A stretch of 63,764 nucleotides of DNA, counting the filler, from Thelocarpon superellum (Eukaryota), in assembly GCA_026025795.1 (NCBI GenBank). It is 8 parts of 8 records of this genome, joined end to end, with 100 filler letters (N's around TTAATTAATTAA, not from the genome) between each part and the next. Parts side by side here need not be neighbours in the genome. Positions count along the whole stretch, not along the records: positions 8,140 to 16,126 come from JAPEUG010000614.1; positions 16,227 to 24,180 come from JAPEUG010000615.1; 6 more parts are not named here. One strand, given 5' to 3'. Shown piece after piece: positions 11,736 through 24,280 of this stretch. A program made the translations under genes and the position numbers. A model generated the notes under the pieces. That model was not told the DNA's origin. It searched no databases and saw nothing but the letters and a program-made list of their open reading frames with translations. How positions within the stretch are numbered: the first letter of the stretch is position 1; each line of letters starts with the position of its first letter.

Positions 11736-12697
11736 GGCAGGCCACATCGAAGGGGCGAGAAGCACAGAGGGTTTCGGACACAATCATGGGTCTCCTCTTG
11801 ATACACCTCGCCCTCTGCATGTCCAAGAGCATCCCCGTTCCTTCATGGCCTGACACGTCAGATTCGCCCAAAGGCCGCTCGCACTCACACTCTCCCAAAG
11901 AAGCAATTCCCTCATCGAGACAAGAGAACATCCTTGATCCTTCGCTCAGCAGCGGCCAATCACGTGGATGACAGGTGAGGAACGGGCGGTTGAAGAAGTC
12001 GACGTGGCGAAAAGATCCAAGTCGATTCGGCAATGAGACTCGCGAATTCAGGCAGTCACACAGTATCTATAAGCTGCAAGTTGATCGAGGCGCTTTTGGC
12101 ACCAAAGGGCAGCTATCGATTTGTAGCCGACGCATTGAAAAGCCATGCGATTGTCCACAAGGCCTTGCCTAGCACATTGGCATGAGCGTGGTGGCAGGAG
12201 AAGGCCAACAAGGCCAGGCTACGGTCCGAGGGAGTGCATGTGGCGACCGTATGAGCCTGACTGTCTCCATGGGACTCATCAGACAACGCACTCCGATCTG
12301 GCTCTTCAATCCCAGCCGTGCCTACCCCGTCGGGATCACCCAGGCCCCCCCCTGCTATGGTGGTAACCACAGCCGTGGGCGGAAACGCTCTGAAGACAGC
12401 TTCTGGCTAGCAGAATCATGCCCTCCTGCACCAAGTCCTTCTTGGTCGCCATGCTCACCCGCGCTCAGATCCACTCACGTTGGCCGGGCGGGTAGAGCGG
12501 CCTTGCTCACCTCTCCAGATGGCTCGGGCGGTTGTGTGAGGCTAGACTCTGGCCGTGATACAGTGCTGACATGGTGCGGAATACTTCAGGATACTTCCTT
12601 CCTAAGTAGTATCGAGGGAGCCATCCATACTAAGTTGAGTCTCTAGACTGACGTAACAGGAGCCCTCGGGTACATGAGAAGGGAGAGGTAGACGAGG

Positions 12698-14669
12698 TCA
12701 AGCCGCGATCGTGTCCGTCCAACAATATTGTTCAAAGCAGCTCTGGCACGCCGCTGGGACCGGCGTCTGCGTCTCGTTGAAGCTGCGAAGGAGGATGGCG
12801 CACCCCACACATACCGGCCAACTGCTGTCTCGTTGTCCGCTCTCCTGCGTCACCGCATCGTAGCCGTTCTGGATCATGCCGTCGCGCTCTTCCGTCGACA
12901 TGTGTAAGGTAAAGGTGCCGATATTGGATGGGTAGCTGTAGTTGGCGTTGGGAAGCCACACTACCAGCGGTATCGGTCCGCTCTCGTAGCAGCCAAAGAA
13001 GTTGGGGTGCGTGTTCAGGCCCCGTTCCACTATCGCCGACGGCTCTGGCACCACGGGAAAGTGGACCATGTCGCCGTTGGGGCCCCGCGCGCGCGCCTGC
13101 GTGTAGCTTAACGTCGAGCCGTTGGGGTAACCATTGGTGTTGCTGGAGCTGTCGATGGCGAAGATGACGTCCACCTGCCGCTGCTCATGCAGCAGCGGCA
13201 GCAGCGGCAGATTCTGCCCATCTTCGCCGCCGTCCACCAGCGTCAACATCTCGGCATTCAAGTGCTGGTTGGTCGCAGGCTTCCAGTCCCGGAAGGGGTT
13301 GGGTGAATAGATGGCCACGTCGTCGTGCGCCTCTCCGAGGTCCGTCAGGATGCTCTGCAGGAAGGCCATGGCCGGCTTCTGCACGATCGCAGGCAAACGG
13401 AGCGTGCTCAACTTGGCCGCGAACGAGTTGAACAACGACGACGATGTGCCCATGATGAAGCCGGCATTATCGAAGCCCTGCCAGCACGACTGGCTTGACA
13501 CCTCGCCGCCTGAGAATTTCGAGCCCAGGTAGGCCAGCGGCGCGAACCCGGCCAGGCTGTGATCGAAGGACCCCAACTCCCACGGCGTGACTTCAAAGAC
13601 CGTGCTGACCCCCGCCGTCGCCGTTTGCCCCTCGTCCCGCGCGTCGATGACGATGAGCGGTAGCGGCGCCGAGGCCTCCGTGAACCATTCCTGCTGCGTC
13701 AGGCTCGACCACGTGATGCCTAGCCCCCCCTGCGTCGCGTTGATCAACTGCCACGAGAGGCCACGTGCCCAAATGTCAGTGAAGCTGATGTGGAAGCTGG
13801 GGTCGGCGTCACGTTTCTTGTTGGCCGAGTGGATGAGGTCGACCCAGTACAAGAAGGGGTCCGTCTGCTTGGGTCCGTCCAGGAGGCTGTGCGTCAAGTC
13901 CCACAGGGTCGCGCTCTGCTGGAGGCTGGAGATGTCCGTGAAGTTGTTGATGAAGATGGATCCGAGGAGCCACGAGCCACCAGACAAGCCGGCAATGTAC
14001 GTGGCGGACTGGAGCAGGCCGCCCAGCGCGCTCGCGTGGTCCGTCGTGCGCTGATCAAAGGCCTTGATTGCCCCGGCCCCCGTGAGCATGGCGCGGTAGC
14101 CCCCTCCCGATGCCGCGATGCCGATGGTGGGGAAGGCCGAGGAAGTGTGCGCCAGCGACGCCAGATAAGCCGCGGTTGGGAAATCGGGGATGTTGATGCG
14201 AGTGAGCAGAGCCGTCAAGGGTGCAATCGTCTGGGCCCGCCGTTGCTGCACCCACGCAGTCTCCTGCGGCGATAGCTGCGTCGCCTCGCGGATGCGGGGC
14301 GGCGTCGAGGGACATGGCACCGGTCGTGGCGCATAGGCATTCGAGTCCACATCGTCCCATTGACGTGCCCAGCTTTGGATGCTCTCTTTGCTCTCGTTGA
14401 AGTACAGGTCGACCTTGCTGCCGAGATAGTGCGAGGCGTTCTGAAGTGCACCATCGACCTGATCCTTGATTTGACCCACGTCCTGCTTCGCATGGTGCAG
14501 TGCGTTGGATATCGTCTGCTTCAGGCTGTCGCGCGGCGCGAGGGACGGGATCGCTAGGTAGGGTGTCAGCACAAGCGGAGCCCCGCCCGACCATAGGGGC
14601 ATCCTTACCCCGAGAGGTGGCCAGCAAGAGTGCCGTCACGAGCAGTTGGACAAGGCAGACGAGACCCAT
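12698..14669 (-). CDS. PLB1: Lysophospholipase / phospholipase B, secreted, 2 exons
   Basis: Signal exon MGLVCLVQLLVTALLLATSR, intron 14608-14554, SGGGYRAM, GLSGGSW, LVDGGEDGQNLP, C-terminal CVGCAI...CFEQYCW. Confidence 0.92.
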
Positions 14670-15971
14670 GTTCGCACGCGGAAGCCTATCGTGTCTTGCG
14701 TCGGCTTACGCCTCGCGGGAGGCGGAGCGGAAATCGATGGCAGGAGCGTACGAGCGGAGACGCAGACCACGACCCTCGCTCAACGACGCCGACGGCGTCA
14801 TGGCCTGAGATGTAGGAAAAGAGCAGGAGCATGCACATTGCTGCGAGCATCCTGGAAGGGCTGGCACATATCCGTAAGAGACGGAAGACGGGCATACCGA
14901 GGATGGATCCTTGCAGAGTGCACCTCGTCCACGGACATTCCCGTTTCGACCCTGACAGGCGGTCACTCCCCCGCGGCGGCTGGCCTGATAGAGTGGCCCA
15001 AGGTGGTCTAACGCGAGCCTGGTCTGGTCTAGGCGTGCACAAACCATGCTGCTGTCGATGCGGTCTAGATGAATTTGTAAGTTATATGTGACAAGCGTGA
15101 GCACGAGCATTGAAGTTCTGGAGCGTGGGGAGGTTTCGATCCTGCCCGCATTGACGAACGAAACCCGCGCCCATGTTGTAGCGTGCTTTGCCTCACGTAT
15201 TATTATTGTGACAGATTAGGTTGTTGGGACGAAGCCAGGCAATATAGGATGAATCACCCGCCCGTCGCTCTGTTGGCCTCCGGCCGCCAGCGGCTGCCAA
15301 GAGTCTCTTGGAGCATGACATTCAACTCATGGCGATGGCACTGATCCGGTTGGCTGAAGTCATCACAGGACATCTCCACGGCTCGTGGAGCGTGGGACTA
15401 CTACTAGTACTACTATAGTAGTCGTAGTAGTCTGCACGCACCGCAGGTTTCCAACTGGCCAATATCGGCACCAGCACACCGGCGCAGCCGAGGAGCCAGC
15501 AGTCTACAGCATTTCCTCTTCCATCAACATGCTCAGTATCAGTAGCATGGGGTGCTTCCAAAGGTGTGCAGAGCGTCTGCCATGGAGCGGACGAGCTACG
15601 TGTGCGCAGGCCCGTTTCCGCCGGGATGGTCCGCACCTGATTGCTGGCGTCACCACTGTTGGCGTCACGGTCGAGGATGCTTGACAGGATCAAACGAGAT
15701 AATTGCAAGTCAGACGTAAAGTACAACAGTAAGAAGGCGTCCCAACTTCACAACCGTCTGTCTCTCCACGCATGCACACGTCGGCGTCCTCCCCCCCCTC
15801 TGACCTCCCCTCCTCTCCTCTGTCCCCTTCCACCGTCTACTGCGCCACCCCGTCTATCCTACGTCCCCATTGTCCACCCCCCCCCCCTCCCTCTTCCCTT
15901 CGCCTCGCTCGCGCCGGCCCTTCTTTGCCACCAACCGCGGGCCCGGTCACGCCCGTCGGCGCCGTGTCCCT

Positions 15972-16126
15972 CTACTTGAAGGCCTTGCCGAACATGAGAA
16001 GTTGCGCTTGGTCGTAGATGGAGAGCACACCGGCACCGGCGACACCACGGAGGATGTTCGCACCGGCACCCTTGAAGAGCGACTTGACGCCCTCCTTGGC
16101 GATAATCTGTCGGGCGGCATCAAAGG
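15972..16126 (-). CDS. AAC2: Mitochondrial ADP/ATP carrier, 3' fragment at contig edge (missed by ORF track)
   Basis: Minus strand reads [50 protein letters not shown], the canonical fungal AAC C-terminus. Confidence 0.95.
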
Positions 16127-16226
16127 NNNNNNNNNNNNNNNNNNNNNNNNNNNNNNNNNNNNNNNNNNNNTTAATTAATTAANNNNNNNNNNNNNNNNNN
16201 NNNNNNNNNNNNNNNNNNNNNNNNNN
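16127..16226. other. Artificial contig-joining spacer
   Basis: N44-TTAATTAATTAA-N44. Confidence 0.98.
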
Positions 16227-16562
16227 CCCCCGTCCAATACTTGGTACTGATAGTATCATAGCCTGTGTTTCTCTCACTAGCCCCGCCATAATTTCCACAC
16301 AACCCTGAACCCGCACTTTCCACCTGCATCCCCTCTCGAGATCGTCCCTTCCTGGCTCTCGCTCTCTCCATCTGTGTTCCGCTAAAATTCTCACGAGCCT
16401 GTCGTGCCTCGATCGTGTCTGCTCTTCTGTTTGCCTCCCGCGTTGACTCGCCTCTGTCCGGTCGTGTAAGTGTGGGATGTGGCTGGTGGCGAGCCTGGAG
16501 TGACAACTGACGGGCGGAGAAAATCATCAAGCTCATCGTGACCCCTCACTCACCCAGTCCCG

Positions 16563-17593
16563 ATGGAGTTCGGCGGCAGCGGCGGACGCGGTTGCTATAA
16601 TTGTGAGGAGAATTTCCTCTCGTCGCGCGTTGGCGCCAGACTGCACCCACTCGTTGGGTGGTCGAGGTCGATTCGTCGTCCGCTGCTGGCATGCTAACAC
16701 AGTCGCCAGGCGGGGATACTTCCCATCAAGTGAGAGCCGAAGAAGATCTTCCGACAAGGTCATGGTGTGGCCTCAGGATATCGTCTGACAGGTGGTGAAG
16801 GCTCGTGATTGTCCGACTCGTGGTAACCCGAAATGGTCCGTCCCCCACTTGCTTGACAACGCGGTCCCGTGACTCACACGTGCTGGTAGCTACAACTGTG
16901 GTCGTGCGTGTCTCACATATCTCCCAGACGCTTGCAAAGATCCCTAACATGGCTCACCGTCCGCAGAGGAAGGACACGTCAGTATGTACTGCCACACGCC
17001 CGACATCAAGGTGGGGACAAAGATTGACCGCAAACTTAGGTCGTGACTGCACGCAGCCGCAGAAGGAAAAGTCCTGCTATCGCTGTGGCGAGACGGGCCA
17101 CATCTCTCGCGAGTGCCCCAATGCCGACACGGCGGGCGGAGCCGCAGGCGCCCCGGCCGGCGGCTTTGGTGGGTCGGGCGGCGGCGGTGGCGAATGCTAC
17201 AAGTGTGGCAAGCCGGGACATATCGCCCGTACCTGCCCGCAAGATGGTGGCGGATATGGCCGTGGCGCGCAAGGCGGCTACGGTGGCGCACAAGGCGGAT
17301 ACGGCGGCAGCAGCGGTGGCGGATACCAGAGCGGCGGTCGTGGACAAACCTGCTACTCCTGTGGCGGCTACGGCCACATGTCTCGCGACTGCACGCAAGG
17401 GCAGAAGTGCTACAACTGTACGTGTGCTCGCTTGCTCCATCATGGCCTCCGCGCAGAGAATTAATCCGTGGACGACCGGACAGGCGGCGAAGTGGGCCAT
17501 CTAAGTCGTGACTGCACGGCGGAGACGTCCAACGAGCGAGTGTGCTACAAGTGCAAGCAGCCGGGGCACGTCCAGGCGGCATGTCCCAACTGA
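16563..17593 (+). CDS. GIS2: CNBP/Gis2/Byr3 CCHC zinc-knuckle RNA-binding protein, 7 exons, 203 aa
   Basis: Exons 16563-16602, 16710-16729, 16801-16835, 16890-16903, 16967-16981, 17040-17417 and 17484-17593 splice to one ORF (612 nt) with seven CX2CX4HX4C knuckles and a Gly/Tyr-rich linker. Confidence 0.92.
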
Positions 17594-17904
17594 GCCATTC
17601 AACACTCCCCCACTCATCTGCGCTTTCACTCATTTCACCTCTCCACACTTCCGATCGTGTCCTGCATCTATTCCATGCCACTTTCATATCTACGTTTTCA
17701 CACTGCGGCGACAAACAGACGTTTGACTTGTTTCGTCGGCCGAGCCCAAGGTTGCGAAGATGACGATGACGGTGCCGATGACCACGAGGTTGGGGTGAAG
17801 ATATCACGTGGTGGACCATGAGGGGAAATCATGTGAGAGCGCGCGAGGAGGAGAGAGAGGAAAAGAGAGCAGCAGAGACAGAATGGTAGTGTAGAATACA
17901 GCGG

Positions 17905-17928
17905 CAGCAGCAGCAGCAGCAGCAGCAG
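17905..17928 (+). repeat. (CAG)8 microsatellite between the convergent GIS2 and PEX16 3' ends
   Basis: Eight perfect CAG units. Confidence 0.9.
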
Positions 17929-18234
17929 AAGCCTCACAATGCACCGTGACACCAAAATGCGAGAGAGAGACCAGACGCAGCCCTACCGGGCCATCTCGAG
18001 ACCCAGATACTATCTTCACGAGAGTGTACAAAGTAGAAGATTGGTATGTTGATTCTTTCGTAGCTCCCATGTGCACACCTGACGCAGCTCTGTCTGCTTC
18101 CCGCCCTTCCCGCCGATGCTCCAGCACTCGTACTCGTACAGATAAGACGAGAAAGGACCGACACAACGCCAACAGACCCCTGCCCCTCCTCAGAGTATGG
18201 TGCAGATGGGGAGGCACTGTACTCGTACATCCAT

Positions 18235-19510
18235 CTACATGGTAGCAGTGGCAAAGTGATAATTCTCCCACAAGAACTCGTAGTCTTCAATCACGCCACC
18301 GACCATGTTCAGCAATGGTTTGTTGCGCAGATTGTTCGTGAGCCCGTTCAGCCAGCTCCTGGATTTGTTCGTCAGCCACGCTGGCCAGGTACGGCAGGGT
18401 AGGGATGGGAAAGACGGAGAAGATGGAAAGGATGAGAGGTATGCAGTAGGGAAAAACGTACTTGGTGACGTTGTCGTAGAACGCTCCCCGCAGAGCCCAC
18501 CATCCCATGGCCCAGCGCCTCCGTCGCAGCTCCTCGCGCTCCAGGCCAGTCATGCCGCGCAGACCGCCAGCCACGCGGTCCTGGAAGTCGGCTTTGGCCA
18601 GCTGGCGCGCGCCGTACTCGATTCCGAGTCCGATCAGCCAGGGTTTCCAGCTGCTTCGTTGCTTGGGCTCCGCGCGGGAGCTCCAGTACTGCATGGCTAG
18701 CGCGTAGATGACGGGCCGGAGGATGTACAGGATTTCCGCCGCTTGGCCCCTTCCTGATGTTCGGTGCAGGAGCGATTTGGGCGGCTTGATGTCGTCCGCC
18801 GTCAGGACGCGTGCGAGGAGGTAGGAGGTGATGTCTTGGGAGTTGGGGAGGCCGGGTAGCCGCAGGCCCGTTCGTGGCATCGTCCAGCCTTGTTCGTCGG
18901 ACGAGGTGGACCTGGAAGGCATGCCGTCTTCTTCCAATTCCTCCTCCTCGGACCGGGGCTCTTCCAGTGTGCGGGGATCGACTTCGCGCTCGGGCAAAGG
19001 CGGTGATAGCAGCGGCCGGGACTTGGTGACGCGCAAGAGCAGAAGGCGGCAGATGGCCTTGATCATCTCAAGCAGGACCACGGCACGCCAGCGGGCCTTG
19101 TTCCCTCGTCGCGCCGCCGCCATCTCCAGCAGAAGCTCCGTATACTGCACGACCTGGATCATCTGCGCCAGTCGCGCGTACAGCGGAGACCGTGCCGTCC
19201 AGTACCGTGTATACCGATTGTGAGGGGTGGAATGTGGTCGCTGGCCCAGCGGCAGCCGCGAGACCGCCTTGGCCAGGAGGGAGTCATGGTAGAGGGAGAG
19301 GAGCTGGATGCCGCTGTGCAGCGATTCCGAAGCCAGTTCCGATTCCCGAAATCGGCCGGGGATGATGTAGGTCAGGGAGCGCAAGGCCGACTCGATCTGC
19401 GATACCGAGCTGGCGTTCTTCGTCACAAAGTCTTCGTACAGATGCAGCCATTTGGGCGGTAGGGACAGCACGTCCGGCACATGATTCGAGACGTCTCTAA
19501 TTCGCTCCAT
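18235..19510 (-). CDS. PEX16: Peroxisomal membrane biogenesis protein Pex16, 2 exons
   Basis: YEDFVTKNASSVSQIESALRSLTYIIPGRF, HNRYTRYW, YTELLLEMAA, AEILYILRPVIY. Intron 18461-18359 gives the C-terminus ...GGVIEDYEFLWENYHFATATM*. Confidence 0.93.
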
Positions 19511-21421
19511 TGGAGCCGTCCGAGCGAGTCGATCTCGAGTCGGAGATGGACGTTGGTCGGGAAGTGATGTTCGAGTCCAAGGTCGGGGAGGCTAGGCTTC
19601 GCCAGCACATCATCCAGCCTAGCCGTCCAAATCGTCGCATGTGGATGGCGGACCAACTAAAGTACGAAGTACGAAGTACGTTGCCGAGGTCAAACAACGC
19701 CGCTAACTGGGCGTGCCCCACAACATTGGGAGCACTTCCTGCCCATGCAATCTTTGTGTTACCTGGGGTGCTCCGCGAAACTGGGTGGCCCCCGGGGCTT
19801 TAGAACAATGGTGTTCTCCGCACATTCCATCCGAAGGACGCTCAGTAACGGGAGGAGTGCCGCTCTCGTATTTCCAGCAAATCTGGCCTGATGCGTGCTC
19901 GCTGCGCTCTTCAGAGCAGCGAGAAGGCCACTGCCTTGTCGATTCTTCAACCATGACCTGGTCTTCATCCCGACTGTCCAGCACCTCCGCCATCCACCAA
20001 CACTACGCCTACGCGGACTCTGAACCAAGCTCAACCAATTGCTCCTTTGGTTGCCTGGAGGCATGCCCCCTGTGGAGGACAACGAGATGGCACCATGCAC
20101 GATGACCAATCCAGGCAAACATATAACCTATGACTCTGTTTAGATAGCATTCTTGTTATTGCTCCTACCATGTCCTCCTGCACCGCACCTTCCTTAGTAG
20201 AGACGCATCAAATCATCAACTATCTGATCCCGATCATCGGAATACTACATCTACCTGTTGGGCCCTCATGCTCTTCCCCGTGTCAATTCACATCTGGGAA
20301 GATTCCATGTCTGCTTGTCCCCGACAGATCATATCACCCACAAATGCAGCGCCTTGGCCTTCCTCTATGAACGGCTTGCACATTGCGCAGGACCCTCTTC
20401 TTGGTACAGGTTCCGCATGTGCCATGGACCAGCTATAAGGAGCTTCTGGCCTCAGGGCATCAACTGCTTGTCTCTTGAAGTCTCCCTGGCTAACATTTCG
20501 TACGTTTGCTCTTCCAACAATTTCCAATAGCTGCCATCCGCTCCAAACCTCGCCTACACCGGATCCCATTTCCGTACAGTCACCGGCAACATGCATTACA
20601 TCTCAACATTTCTTTTGCTCTCGGCGGTGGTTGGCTTCGTGAGCGCTTCCCCGCAGCGGATCCAAGATCCACCGGGCTACGCGCAGTTCGAGGTGGCCTA
20701 TCCACCTGAGACCAACGCGTCGTACCTTGAGTATCAAAAGCAGCTGTCTCACAATTTGACCCAGTGAGACCCATCCCGATGACTAAGAGACAGGGGCGTT
20801 CGATCATCTGACGTTGACCGGCAGACAAATACTATCGTTTTGGATATGGAACGGATTCGACACCACTTGAATCTTGCTCAAACCGGGTATGGTCTTGGCT
20901 TTGCCATCTCCCCGTCGCTCGTGGCCCATGTCGATACTGACGTGCCGTCTCCCAGGCTCACGAAATGCTTCGTCGTCAATGCGACCGTTGACTGCTTCTG
21001 GGCTCGCATTGGCGGTGATACTGTCACCTTCTATCTTGACGATCAGGCGCGTGGAAACCAGTGCCAGCATGGCGCTCAGGCCCAGTCCTAAGGTTGATGC
21101 CACTACCGCCAGAAGAAGGGGTCATTTTAAACCGCGTCTTTGCCGTTTATCTTGCCGACATTGTCACGATAATGATGGCAAGAAGATAATTGGATCAATT
21201 CTCTTGTCTGACAATACACAGTGAAAGTTATCATGGACCGACGTGTCGGCATGGACCCTGTCGTTCATCGGAACTGATTAGAGGCAAGGAGTATCAGAGT
21301 GGATCACACGCCCATACACAACCTCCGATCTGCCAAGGACGCCCATCACGGAACTCCGGCCGCCCTTACATGTAACACCAGCCCGACCCTATGGATGTGG
21401 CGATTGGATGGTCCCGAGGAT

Positions 21422-22099
21422 TTAGATGGAGTTCTCGTATCCGGGGTGGTACATGGGATCGCTGATCACTTTCGCCGTACGTGGCCCGGGGCCCGCAGCG
21501 CGGGGGACTTCAATGGCGGTCAAGATGGTGGTCATCATCCATAAGGTCCTATGACAGACCACGTCAGTTATCATGTCGGCTTCCGTTGTGGCGGAGATGG
21601 CCTACCATTCCAAGCCGCCAAAGGCCGCCGCCGCGCGAAGGCCGCTACACACGGCCCCATTGCAGATGAGCAGCTGTCCGATGTAGACGGCCATGGCTAT
21701 GAAACCCGCGAACCAGAAGATGGTTGTCAGGGCCTCCGTCACGAGCGCGGCGAAGCGGTTCGACAGCCGGACCATGAAGATGGGCGACAACAAGAGATAC
21801 GCCAGGGATAGGATGGTCCATATGCCCTGCGGGTCCACGAATTAGCAAGTAGTTCGGCTCAAAGAAAACAAGGCTCGGGCGAGCTCACGGCGAAGATCAA
21901 GAACTTGTCCTCCGTGGGAACAGGTCCGCTGGCGATGATGGTGTCACCGTGATACGCCGATGCAACTACATTCATCCGTCAACATCGTCCTTGTCACATC
22001 TCCAGACCCGGACGACCTACTCCAAATACTCAGGCCCAGGACGACGAGGGCAAAGGTGGCCTGGAGCACACGCACGGGAAGGATGAATCCGAGGGCCAT
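21422..22099 (-). CDS. MARVEL-domain tetraspan membrane protein, 4 exons
   Basis: MALGFILPVRVLQATFALVVLGLS...DKFLIFAGIWTILSLAYL...EALTTIFWFAGFIAMA...CNGAVCSGLRAAAAFGGLEWTLWMMT; consensus splice sites keep the frame. Confidence 0.85.
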
Positions 22100-23089
22100 G
22101 GTCCAGGTGGCGAATTTGCTGCTCGGGGGTGAGAGGTGGTGGACGAGGATGATGATGTGTCGCTATGGAAATTTCGACGTGATGAAGACAGATCCAGCGG
22201 TGTGGAAACACATCGCACGCATGCGTCAAGGGGTTTGTTCCGATCGAAGTCCGGGAGTCGGCGTGCGTTGCGCCCCCCTCGCCCCTCGGCCGCGACCACG
22301 GCAAAGGCCAGGGCCGTCTCCGACCAGGAGCGATCCCGGTCCCAAGCCATTATGCAAGGCAACGTCGCTCGGGGGGAATGTGCCATGCTCCATACTAGGC
22401 GAGCAATGCAGGGTCCAGCATGTGCTGGTCGTTGATCTGGGCCCCTCCTGCTGCGATGGGCGATGTACGCTCTTTCCTACGGTCGGCTCGCCCTATCCGA
22501 GCTGGTTGGTGGATTTCATGATTCCTTAAGCGCATGGTACGCGTTGGGTCGACGTGATCCGACGCATGATTTCGTCTCACCCGTCGCCCAATCATCGGCC
22601 CGCGCTCCTTAGCTTGGCCATGCACGAGCCTTTGCCCGCCACAATGCCTGAAGGTACAGCCCTCCAGTGGCTAAAGAAGTAGCTGGTTGAAACTCGAACG
22701 TCAAGGCTACCAGGCCGAGGAACGGTGGCTGGTGCCCGTGATGACGCCCTCTGTCATTTACCACGACTGGGTTGATGATGGACTTCGGATGAGACAGAGC
22801 CACCCATCCAATCGAGGGTGCTTGTAAGAGGGGTGCAAGAGCTACGATGACGCGGCGACGATCGACAACCAGAGCTGATCGCTCTCAATCGCGACCAATT
22901 GATCGAATGCCAGGACGGAACACAACAGGTTGGAGGTGAGATATCCGGGCACCGTGCAAGTGTCAGTTTCTTACATGAAGCTCTTGGCTCTCGGGTCTAC
23001 AAGATGTGAGTATTAAGAATGAGCAAGTTAGTCATCGAAAGCGTCCTCGCTTTGCCTCGCGTTGCGTCGAGCCAAGTCTGCCGCTGCAG

Positions 23090-23099
23090 ATGGCGTCAT
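23090..23099 (+). promoter_or_regulatory. CYS-3/MetR-type sulfur-regulatory bZIP site ATGGCGTCAT
   Basis: Exact match to ATGRYRYCAT, ~450 bp upstream of the MET17 ATG; one-mismatch copies at 22741 and 23381. Confidence 0.6.
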
Positions 23100-23539
23100 G
23101 GAGCAATCGATTGGCGACTGGGGTCCCACTCGCCTGTCATTGGCCCTGGTCAAACTACCAAGAGACTACCCCACCGTTGGACGCACCACATCCCAGTAGA
23201 AGACCCCACCGGCTTGCACCTCGACAATCCGGCGTGGCTTGGTAGGCCAAGTGCAACTACCCCTCTGGCGCCCGTGTTATCGCTCGACGCACTCGCTCGG
23301 CGTAAGCTCAGCTCGGACTCCTACTAGCAGCCTTGATCGCTGCCGGCCGCGAAGGTGTGATGTGCTGCTGGTGGGGGCAAATGGCGTGATACCCTGTGAT
23401 CGCGGGCAGGCTCCATGCCGTTGCCATGTAGATCTGAGTAATTCTGTGCCCCCCAAGGCCCGAGCTTCAAAAACCTCGCTGCCTTTCCTCCGAGCCCTTC
23501 GAATCGTAGCACCGCTTGAACTCATCTTGCCACGCCGTC

Positions 23540-24180
<641 letters not shown>

Positions 24181-24280
24181 NNNNNNNNNNNNNNNNNNNN
24201 NNNNNNNNNNNNNNNNNNNNNNNNTTAATTAATTAANNNNNNNNNNNNNNNNNNNNNNNNNNNNNNNNNNNNNNNNNNNN
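24181..24280. other. Artificial contig-joining spacer
   Basis: N44-TTAATTAATTAA-N44. Confidence 0.98.

Noticed and set aside
19700..21230. Possible gene between PEX16 and the MARVEL gene (e.g. ORFs 20840-21091 and 20804-21103)
   Set aside because: Some coding-like stretches, but no consistent exon chain, strand or homology could be established.
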